Shown in pieces: positions 46,525-54,489 of a DNA stretch of 64,000 nt; position 1 is the first letter of the stretch, and each line of letters begins with the position of its first letter. Source of the DNA: a virus; the IMG/VR virus record IMGVR_UViG_3300032214_001563, positions 5,958 through 69,957 of that record; one strand, given 5' to 3'. The position numbers and the translations under genes were made by a program. The notes under the pieces are model-generated. The model saw nothing but the letters and a program-made list of their open reading frames with translations. It was not told the DNA's origin and made no database searches.

Positions 46525-47648
46525 AAAAAGTAGTTGTTTTAGGTGGTGGTGGTTTTATTGGTGGTCACCTCGCACAAAGATTAAAAAATGAAGGTCACTG
46601 GGTTCGAGTTTGTGATATCAAAAGACACGAATATTGGAACCATGACGATATCTGCCATGAATTTATCGTGGGGGATTTACGAAACCCGGAGGTTGTTTCT
46701 TTAGTAATCGATGACACAATTGATGAAGTATATCAACTTGCTGCTGATATGGGTGGTGCTGGTTATATCTTTACCGGTGACAACGATGCTAATGTAATGC
46801 ATAATTCAGCTTTGATTAATTTAAATGTTGTTCACGAATGTGCTAAGAAAAAAGTTGGTAAAGTATTTTACTCTTCTTCTGCTTGCATGTATCCAGAACA
46901 CAATCAACTTGACCCAAATAATCCAAACTGTGAAGAATCTTCTGCTTACCCTGCAAATCCTGACTCAGAATACGGATGGGAAAAACTTTTTTCAGAAAGA
47001 TTGTTTTTGGCCTTCAATAGAAACTATGGATTGAACGTTAGAGTTGCACGTTTCCACAATATTTTTGGACCGATGGGTACTTGGGTTGGTGGAAAAGAAA
47101 AAGCTCCAGCAGCAATGTGTAGAAAAGCAGCTGAAATTGACGACATGGCTAAAACACCCGGAGTAGAAAGACAAATACCTGAAATTGAAGTTTGGGGTGA
47201 TGGTCAACAAACTCGTTCATTCTTGTATGTGGATGAATGTGTTGAAGCTGTTTTAAGACTCATGGAGTCTGATTTTGTTGGGCCTGTTAATATTGGTTCA
47301 GAAGAAATGGTTACCATCAATGAACTTGCTCAAATGGCAATCGATATTTCCAAAAAAGAAATTAAAATCAAAAACTTAGGAGGACAGGATTTCCTCGATA
47401 AGTATGGGTTCAATTGCCCTGTTGGAGTTCGTGGTAGAAACTCTGACAACAAACTCTATAAGGAAAAGGTAAACTGGGAAGTTTCTCAACCTCTCCGTGT
47501 TGGTATGGAAAAAACTTACGCTTGGATTTCTGAGCAAGTTGAAAAGAAAAAATCAGAGATGGTTTACATATATGAAAGTCCAGATGGTGGTAAAACCGTT
47601 TACCGCAGAGAGTTTGGGAAACCCCACTCAGAAAGGGAACAAGTGTGA
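46521..47648 (+). CDS. GDP-mannose 3,5-epimerase-like NAD-dependent epimerase
   Basis: GGGGFIG, QLAADMGGAG, YSSSACMYP, YGWEK, RFHNIFGP, EKAPAAMCRK, GVRGRNSDN. Confidence 0.85.
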   Translation: MKKVVVLGGGGFIGGHLAQRLKNEGHWVRVCDIKRHEYWNHDDICHEFIVGDLRNPEVVSLVIDDTIDEVYQLAADMGGAGYIFTGDNDANVMHNSALINLNVVHECAKKKVGKVFYSSSACMYPEHNQLDPNNPNCEESSAYPANPDSEYGWEKLFSERLFLAFNRNYGLNVRVARFHNIFGPMGTWVGGKEKAPAAMCRKAAEIDDMAKTPGVERQIPEIEVWGDGQQTRSFLYVDECVEAVLRLMESDFVGPVNIGSEEMVTINELAQMAIDISKKEIKIKNLGGQDFLDKYGFNCPVGVRGRNSDNKLYKEKVNWEVSQPLRVGMEKTYAWISEQVEKKKSEMVYIYESPDGGKTVYRREFGKPHSEREQV

Positions 47649-48085
47649 TAAAACACTATATTTCACACCGAGGTAATGTAGACGGTAGAATACCTAATTC
47701 AGAAAATTCTCCCGAATATATTTCTCTTGCCTTGAGTAAAGGTTACGAGGTAGAAATTGATGTATGGTTCGTTGATGGCTCATTTTATCTGGGTCACGAC
47801 GAACCGTATTATTTAATAGAGGAATCCTTTCTTGAAAATCCTAAACTTTGGTGCCACGCAAAAAATGAAGAAGCTTTTTTCAGGATGTTACAAAATCAAA
47901 ACATACATAGCTTTTGGCATCAAGATGATGATTACACTCTAACCTCAAAAGGCATACCCTGGGTATATCCGGGCAAAAAGATTTTCGAAAACTCCATTTG
48001 GGTTTTACCTGAAAAGACCACATACAAATACATCAAACTTAATTGTCTTGGTATTTGCTCCGATAACATTTCTCTGTACAAATGA
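47645..48085 (+). CDS. Glycerophosphodiester phosphodiesterase-like protein
   Basis: ISHRGN, EN.P, VEIDVW, LGHD, WCHAKN, GICSD. Confidence 0.7.
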   Translation: MIKHYISHRGNVDGRIPNSENSPEYISLALSKGYEVEIDVWFVDGSFYLGHDEPYYLIEESFLENPKLWCHAKNEEAFFRMLQNQNIHSFWHQDDDYTLTSKGIPWVYPGKKIFENSIWVLPEKTTYKYIKLNCLGICSDNISLYK

Positions 48086-49446
48086 TAAAACTTATTATTT
48101 TTGATTTAGACGGGGTTTTGATTGAAGCAAAACATCTGCACTATGAAGCACTGAATGATGCTTTAAATCTTCATGCAAAGGAGTGTGTGATTTCTTGGAA
48201 TGAGCACCTTTCGAAGTATGATGGTCTTAAGACAAAACAAAAACTTGACATGCTGACCAAAGAAAAGGGGTTAGATACAAATCTCCATAATTTGGTTTGG
48301 GAGGAAAAGCAAAGAATTACAAACGAAAAATTAAAAAGTATTACCCCCAATTCTAACTTGTCCCAACTTTTGAAAAAACTATCTGAAGATGGTTTTAAAA
48401 TTGCTTGCTGCAGTAATTCAATAAGAAAGACAGTATTGACGGTTCTATCGAAGTTAGACATCATTGAATATTTTGACCAAATACTATCAAATGAAGATGT
48501 CAAGAATAGCAAACCACATCCGGAAATTTACTGGAAGGTCATCTCTGAAATGGGAGTAATCGCTGACGAGACATTAATTGTTGAAGATTCACCATATGGG
48601 CTTTTAGCAGCAGCCAGAACACACGCTCCAATCTTAAGAGTAAAATCACCACAAGATGTTACTATTGCAAACATTTATTCTAAACTAAAAGAATTAAACT
48701 CTAATTTCAAAATGAAAAAACCAAAATGGAATGATGAAAATTTGAATGTATTAATCCCAATGGCTGGAGCTGGCTCAAGGTTTGAAAAAGCTGGTTATAC
48801 ATTCCCCAAACCTTTGATTGATGTTGAAGGAGACCCAATGATTAAAGTGGTTACTGAAAACCTTAACATCAAAGCAAACTACATATTCATCGTTCAGAAA
48901 TCCCACAGAGAAAAATATAACTTGGACACTTTGCTGAATTTGGTATCCCCAAATTGTAAAATTGTTGAAGTTGATGGTTTGACTGAAGGTGCTGCTTGCA
49001 CAACTCTCTTAGCAAAAGATTTTATTGACAACGACAACCCCCTTGTTATGGCAAACTCAGACCAATTTATAGAGTGGGACTCGAATGAATTTATGTACAA
49101 GATGTCAGAAACTAATTGCGATGGGGGTATTGTCACTTTCAAGTCCACACACCCCAAGTGGTCTTTTGCTAAAGTGAACGAGAACGGACTGGTAACAGAG
49201 GTTGCAGAAAAGAATCCTATTTCGGACATTGCAACAGTGGGGGTTTACTACTGGAAAAAAGGTTCTGATTATGTGAAGTACGCAGAGCAAATGATTGAAA
49301 AAGAAATTAAGGTTAATAATGAATTTTATGTCTGTCCGGTCTTCAATGAAGCTATCAATGATGATAAGGAAATCCGAACTTTTGAAATTCAAAAAATGTG
49401 GGGTTTAGGAACACCTGAGGATTTGACGAATTATTTACGGAGATAA
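48082..49446 (+). CDS. HAD phosphatase/mutase fused to a sugar-phosphate nucleotidyltransferase
   Basis: FDLDGVL, KPHPEIY, VEDS; then IPMAGAGSRF..PKPLI, EVAEK, EFYVCP, LGTPED. Confidence 0.85.
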   Translation: MIKLIIFDLDGVLIEAKHLHYEALNDALNLHAKECVISWNEHLSKYDGLKTKQKLDMLTKEKGLDTNLHNLVWEEKQRITNEKLKSITPNSNLSQLLKKLSEDGFKIACCSNSIRKTVLTVLSKLDIIEYFDQILSNEDVKNSKPHPEIYWKVISEMGVIADETLIVEDSPYGLLAAARTHAPILRVKSPQDVTIANIYSKLKELNSNFKMKKPKWNDENLNVLIPMAGAGSRFEKAGYTFPKPLIDVEGDPMIKVVTENLNIKANYIFIVQKSHREKYNLDTLLNLVSPNCKIVEVDGLTEGAACTTLLAKDFIDNDNPLVMANSDQFIEWDSNEFMYKMSETNCDGGIVTFKSTHPKWSFAKVNENGLVTEVAEKNPISDIATVGVYYWKKGSDYVKYAEQMIEKEIKVNNEFYVCPVFNEAINDDKEIRTFEIQKMWGLGTPEDLTNYLRR

Positions 49447-49493
49447 ATGTTTTTTTTCTTTGAAAAAGAACTATTTTGAAGAAAAACCCATAT

Positions 49494-49880
49494 ATGATAT
49501 CAATTCCTGTTAGTGTTGGTGAACTTTTAGATAAATTATCAATATTACATATTAAACAAAATAATATTAAAGCTTCTGAAAAACTAGAAAAAGTTAGAGT
49601 AGAATATTCTTTGCTTTATAATATCTCTCAAGCTTATCTAGATGATAAAGATTTTTTCAATTTATACGACGACTTGATTACTACAAACTCAAAGTTGTGG
49701 GAAATTGAGGATAGAATCAGAGTTTTGGAAAAAGACAAATTGTTTAATGAAGATTTTATAGAATTAGCCAGAGCTGTTTATTATACAAATGATGAACGAT
49801 TTGAAATTAAAAATAAAATTAACCTTCTAGCTAATTCAGAAATACAAGAGCAAAAAAGTTACGAGGATTATAAAAACTAA
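49494..49880 (+). CDS. DUF6165-like protein
   Basis: PVSVGELLDKLSIL..LWEIED.IR..FIELARAVYYTNDER..IK..IN. Confidence 0.7.
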   Translation: MISIPVSVGELLDKLSILHIKQNNIKASEKLEKVRVEYSLLYNISQAYLDDKDFFNLYDDLITTNSKLWEIEDRIRVLEKDKLFNEDFIELARAVYYTNDERFEIKNKINLLANSEIQEQKSYEDYKN

Positions 49881-49881
49881 T

Positions 49882-50607
49882 ATGAGAAAAAAACCATCAC
49901 CGACACCATCATACATGGTACAGGAAACACCCCGAACTAAAAAAGAAATTATTCAGGGGATTTTGAAGAAAAAAACTAAAGAAAAGTTTTTATCTGAAAG
50001 TCAAAGAGAGTACTATGAAAAACTTCATGAAGCTCAAATTACTATATGTTCAGGACCGGCTGGTGTCGGCAAAAGCTACATTGCAATGAAGGCAGCAATT
50101 GATTTGTTGGTTGACCCCTCAACCCCATATGAAAAAATCATTATTGTAAGACCGGCAGTTGAAGCTGAAGAAAAGCTTGGGTCACTTCCAGGTAATGTTG
50201 AAGAAAAATTGGACCCGTATATCTTTCCGACTTATTATCTTTTGAATAAGATAATTGGAAAAGACGCTAGAGAAAAACTTAAGGAAATGGAAGTTATCGA
50301 AGTTTTTGCACTGGCATATATGCGAGGTATGAACATTGACAATTCAATTTTGGTCTTTGAAGAGGCTCAAAACTCAACCCCGAATCAAATGAAACTTCTT
50401 TTGACAAGAATTGGATTTAATTCCAAGTTTTTTATCTCCGGGGACCTTGAGCAAACTGATAGATACAAAGATAAAACACAGTCAGGTCTTTACGATGCTA
50501 TCAAAAGATTTCAAAACGTGAAACAAATTTTGTGTCATGAGTTTTCACAAAAAGATGTTGTTCGCAACCCGTTGATTACTAAAATTCTAGAAAAATACGA
50601 AGAATGA
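49882..50607 (+). CDS. phoH: PhoH-family ATPase
   Basis: GPAGVGKS, RPAVEA.EKLGSLPG, AYMRG, EEAQN, LLTRIG, GDLEQ, VVRNPL. Confidence 0.92.
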   Translation: MRKKPSPTPSYMVQETPRTKKEIIQGILKKKTKEKFLSESQREYYEKLHEAQITICSGPAGVGKSYIAMKAAIDLLVDPSTPYEKIIIVRPAVEAEEKLGSLPGNVEEKLDPYIFPTYYLLNKIIGKDAREKLKEMEVIEVFALAYMRGMNIDNSILVFEEAQNSTPNQMKLLLTRIGFNSKFFISGDLEQTDRYKDKTQSGLYDAIKRFQNVKQILCHEFSQKDVVRNPLITKILEKYEE

Positions 50608-51203
50608 AAATTGCAATAGAGATAAATGGGGTATTAAGAGACACAACCAAAAAAATTGAGCAGGTCTATGAGAAGTTTTATATTGAAAATATTCTCAATG
50701 AAAAGCGAGAATTTGAATACAAAAAAATCTCAGATATAACTTCTCTAAAAATTCAAAACCACCTTAAGTTTCAAGATGACGATGAATTATACGATTTTCT
50801 TTATACCGAACACTGTATGGAAATTTTCGGACATGCTCCATCAACAGAATACAATAGTTTTATAGACTTAAATGAATTCTATGTTGACCACCGAGATAAT
50901 CATGATATAATATTGATTTCAGATGAAATCGGTCGGTCCAAACCTGCAACGTTATTTTTCCTTTCCAAGTTTGGTTGTCAAATAGAAAAAATTATTTTTT
51001 ACAATCAAATTACTTTAAATTCTGTTTGGAATGAAATAGACCTTTTACTTACTGCTAATCCTGATTTATTATTGAATCATCCAAATGGTAAAAAAATTAT
51101 AAAGTATAATACAAACTATAATACGGAAATTACAAATATACCAAATATTAATACACTAAAAGACCTCAAAAACTTTATTACTGATGATAACAATCTGGGA
51201 TGA
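50604..51203 (+). CDS. 5'(3')-nucleotidase-like HAD-fold protein with degenerate motif I
   Basis: KIAIEINGVLRD (usually IDIDGV); T..FL.K..; YN. Confidence 0.5.
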   Translation: MKIAIEINGVLRDTTKKIEQVYEKFYIENILNEKREFEYKKISDITSLKIQNHLKFQDDDELYDFLYTEHCMEIFGHAPSTEYNSFIDLNEFYVDHRDNHDIILISDEIGRSKPATLFFLSKFGCQIEKIIFYNQITLNSVWNEIDLLLTANPDLLLNHPNGKKIIKYNTNYNTEITNIPNINTLKDLKNFITDDNNLG

Positions 51204-51462
51204 AAATTACTATATTGACTTGGATAGAATCGAAGAATTTATCGATTTGACCAACGTCATTAATGAAGAACTTAGTGGTAACACGAGTGAACACAAAATT
51301 AATGTGGTAAAATATGAAATGGTAAAAATGATGCTCGAAGTAATCATGAGTGAACATTCTGAATCAGATGAAAAACTGGGTATACAAAGGGCTGACCTAT
51401 CAGTTCCGTTCAGATTAGCTTTCAACTCTTTATTAAATAAAAAAATTATAACAAGTTATTAA
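51184..51462 (+). CDS. Hypothetical protein
   Basis: 92-aa ORF within the operon. Confidence 0.6.
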   Translation: MITIWDENYYIDLDRIEEFIDLTNVINEELSGNTSEHKINVVKYEMVKMMLEVIMSEHSESDEKLGIQRADLSVPFRLAFNSLLNKKIITSY

Positions 51463-51463
51463 C

Positions 51464-52516
51464 ATGGAACAAACACAAATTGAAAAGGTAAAACTTTCTA
51501 TTCAAAACCTTTGGGACAGAAAGTCCAAGGTTTATTTTTTTGTGCACGACACAAAAGGAAATGCTAAAGCGTCAATCAAGTATATCTATGACTTGGCTCT
51601 TGCACTCAAAAATAAAGGCTTCAATGCAATTATTCTTCACGAAAAACCAGATTACACCGGTGTAGCATCGTGGTTGGGTGATTCATACATGAATGAAATC
51701 CCACACCAAGCTATTGAAGGTCAAAACCTTGAAATCGCACCAGAAGATTTTTTGGTGGTTCCAGAAATTTTTGGTTTTATGATGGACCAGGTAAAGAATC
51801 TCCCCTGTGGGAAGATTGTTTTGACCCAATCATATGCTTATATGTTGGAAACACTTCAACCTGGTCAGACTTGGAATCAGTTTGGTTTTTTGAAAACAAT
51901 CACAACTTCTGAAGTTCAAAAGAATCAAATTGCTAAAGTAATGCGTGGTCAGAGTTTTGACATTCTAGAACCCGCGTTATCTGAAGCATTTGTAAAACGT
52001 GAGTTGCCAGCAATGCCAATAATTGGTGTGCACACCAGAGAACAATCCGATACTATCAATTTGATTAAAACCTTCTATCTGAGATTCCCTCAGTACCGTT
52101 GGTTTACTTTTAGGGATTTGAGAGGTTTGTCACAAGAAGAATTCGCAAACGCAATTTCTGAGTGTTTTGTATCAGTTTGGATGGATAGAGAAAGTGCCTA
52201 TGGAACATTCCCACTAGAATCTATGAAAGTTGGTGTTCCTGTCATTGGTACAACTCCCAATCTGGTTCCAGAGTGGATGAATGAAACCAATGGAATCTGG
52301 ATTAAAGACGAACTTTTAATTCCAGACATTATTGCTGACTGGACACAGAACTGGCTTGAGGATAATATTTCACCCGAAATTTACGCAAGCATGGAAGAAA
52401 CAATTAGTAAATTACCAACAAAAGAAGATTTCGACAATAAAGCCGTTGAATTGTTTTCACAATATCTTGATTTGAGAGCAACCGCAATGGAAGAACAAAT
52501 TTCAAAACTAGCTTAA
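51464..52516 (+). CDS. GT-B (GT4-like) glycosyltransferase
   Basis: DFLVVPE, ESAYGTFPLESMKVGVPVIG. Confidence 0.7.
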   Translation: MEQTQIEKVKLSIQNLWDRKSKVYFFVHDTKGNAKASIKYIYDLALALKNKGFNAIILHEKPDYTGVASWLGDSYMNEIPHQAIEGQNLEIAPEDFLVVPEIFGFMMDQVKNLPCGKIVLTQSYAYMLETLQPGQTWNQFGFLKTITTSEVQKNQIAKVMRGQSFDILEPALSEAFVKRELPAMPIIGVHTREQSDTINLIKTFYLRFPQYRWFTFRDLRGLSQEEFANAISECFVSVWMDRESAYGTFPLESMKVGVPVIGTTPNLVPEWMNETNGIWIKDELLIPDIIADWTQNWLEDNISPEIYASMEETISKLPTKEDFDNKAVELFSQYLDLRATAMEEQISKLA

Positions 52517-52518
52517 CC

Positions 52519-53325
52519 ATGGAAAATATTTTAGATATAACAATAATCCTACCCATTAAATCTGCAGTGGCAAGGGATTTTGAAGATTATTTTGATAAAG
52601 CGGTCACCTCAGTCAAAAATCAAAAAGTTAAAGTTAAGGAACTTTTGATTGTTACTACACCTGAAGAAAAACTAAATGCTCATGTTGACTCATACGACTT
52701 TGGTGATTTGAATTACAGAAAAATTGTATTCGAAAAAGAACCATCATTTGCCGCTCAAATTAATTTTGGAGTAGAAAATACAACATCAAAGTGGGTATCC
52801 TTCCTTGAATTTGATGATGAATATGCAAACATTTGGTTTGATAATGTACAAAAATACATGGGATATTACCCTATGGTTCAAGCATTCTTACCTGTTGTAG
52901 TTGACACTGATGAAAAGGGTGCTTTCGCCGGTTTCACAAACGAGGCTGTATTTGCAGCAAACTTTGCGCAAGAAGTTGGATACCTTACAAATGATATTCT
53001 ACAAGATTACCAAAACTTCCAAACCTCAGGTATGGTTATTCGTAAAGATGTGATTGAAGATTTTGGCGGATTCAAAGCATCAATGAAACTCACTTTTGTT
53101 TATGAATTCCTTTTGCGTCTGACTTACAATTCAACGTCAATTATGTCAATCCCTAAGCTTGGTTATAAGCACACCAACATGCGTGAAGGTTCTATTTTCT
53201 GGAATTACAAATTTGGTGGAGACAAAATGCTTGATGAGGAAGTTAAGTTTTGGGTACAAACTGCGAAAAAAGAATATTTCTTCAAAGATGATAGAACCAT
53301 AAAATATCAATTACAAAATGATTAA
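52519..53325 (+). CDS. GT2-family glycosyltransferase
   Basis: ITIILPI, SVKNQ, NFGVE, FLEFDD, FGGF, EFLLR. Confidence 0.75.
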   Translation: MENILDITIILPIKSAVARDFEDYFDKAVTSVKNQKVKVKELLIVTTPEEKLNAHVDSYDFGDLNYRKIVFEKEPSFAAQINFGVENTTSKWVSFLEFDDEYANIWFDNVQKYMGYYPMVQAFLPVVVDTDEKGAFAGFTNEAVFAANFAQEVGYLTNDILQDYQNFQTSGMVIRKDVIEDFGGFKASMKLTFVYEFLLRLTYNSTSIMSIPKLGYKHTNMREGSIFWNYKFGGDKMLDEEVKFWVQTAKKEYFFKDDRTIKYQLQND

Positions 53326-54071
53326 TGTTAGAAACATTAACGGCAATTACCGAGGATGTTTCATCAAAAAAAAGAGGTCGTAAAGCTACTACCACAAATT
53401 ATTTTGATGTTCGCGAAGAGGATGCTGTAAGAGCATTCCTCATCGCGGAAACATACGAGGAAAAAAATAAAATCTATAACGAGTTTTTGCGTGCACCTTT
53501 GGATAAAATGATTTCATCAATTATCCGAAGGTACAAGCTTTATCGTAAAGATATGGATTTTAGGGAAATACATGTTGATACACATTCATTTTTGATGACT
53601 AAGGTTGATAAATTCAAACCAGCCAAGAATAAAAAGGCGTATTCATATTTTGGTACAATATGTAAAAACTATCTAATGGGTCAAATTATCAAAGACCAAA
53701 AAGATATGAATAGAAAGGTTTCGTATGAAGATATTTCACTTTCTTTAGAACAAAGACCAGATATGATTTATACTATTGACCCCGACATATTGGATATGGA
53801 AGTGGTAATTAAAAAGTATTTGGAAGAGCTTAAAGAGTTTGTAAATAACGAATCTCTTTCAGAAAATGAAACGAAACTTGGTCTTGCCTTAGTAGACTTG
53901 TTTGAAAATTATGAAACAATCTTTAGCGGTGCTGATAATAATAAGTTCAATAAAAATATTATTTTATTGTCTCTTAGAGAGATGACAAACCTTTCAACAA
54001 AAGAAATAAGGAATTCAATGAAAAAATTCAAAAAATTATATTCTATCGTCCAATTGAAGATGAAATATTAA
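53325..54071 (+). CDS. Phage late sigma factor (T4 gp55-like)
   Basis: Region-2-like segment FLMTKVDKFKPAKNKKAYSYFGTICKNYL, comparable to the gp55 F(D)..K..N..AY.T..C.N pattern. Confidence 0.7.
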   Translation: MLETLTAITEDVSSKKRGRKATTTNYFDVREEDAVRAFLIAETYEEKNKIYNEFLRAPLDKMISSIIRRYKLYRKDMDFREIHVDTHSFLMTKVDKFKPAKNKKAYSYFGTICKNYLMGQIIKDQKDMNRKVSYEDISLSLEQRPDMIYTIDPDILDMEVVIKKYLEELKEFVNNESLSENETKLGLALVDLFENYETIFSGADNNKFNKNIILLSLREMTNLSTKEIRNSMKKFKKLYSIVQLKMKY

Positions 54072-54107
54072 CTTTTTTTGTTTTTTTACTGATATTACAA
54101 ATATAGG

Positions 54108-54114
54108 TATTTAT
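54108..54114 (+). promoter_or_regulatory. TATTTAT putative late promoter
   Basis: 4 nt upstream of ATG 54119. Confidence 0.55.
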
Positions 54115-54118
54115 TAAT

Positions 54119-54484
54119 ATGCCACGTCCACAAAAAAAAGAAATCAATTTCAGTAAGGAATCAATTTTATCATTGATGCAAGAAATCTACAATGAACTTG
54201 TGGAGCAACGAAGTACAGCTCTAAGAATTCAAAATAAAATGATTTCAATGATGAAAGAAGCCGATGACATGAAAGACATCGGTCCGGTGCTAGAAAAACA
54301 ACAAAAAATCATTAATGATTGTGTTGAAAAAAAATTGAGTTTATCAAGATTACAAAGTTCTATTTGGGAAAAAACTTCCAATAGTCAAGAAAACTTTACT
54401 CTCTCTGACATGGATGAGGACTTGATGGAAAAACTATTTGAAAAAGATTCTGAAATTGAGGACAATTCTAAGTACAGAATGTAA
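54119..54484 (+). CDS. Hypothetical helical protein
   Basis: 121 aa, coiled-coil-like with an acidic tail. Confidence 0.65.
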   Translation: MPRPQKKEINFSKESILSLMQEIYNELVEQRSTALRIQNKMISMMKEADDMKDIGPVLEKQQKIINDCVEKKLSLSRLQSSIWEKTSNSQENFTLSDMDEDLMEKLFEKDSEIEDNSKYRM

Positions 54485-54489
54485 GTCCT

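Noticed and set aside
33439-53325. Bacterial capsule/O-antigen locus or eukaryotic giant-virus origin
   Set aside because: No wzx/wzy/export genes; the cluster is interleaved with phage core genes and flanked by T4-like sheath, tube and capsid genes.
54119-54484. Possible terminase small subunit
   Set aside because: Size and helicity fit, but there is no recognisable motif or adjacent large subunit.
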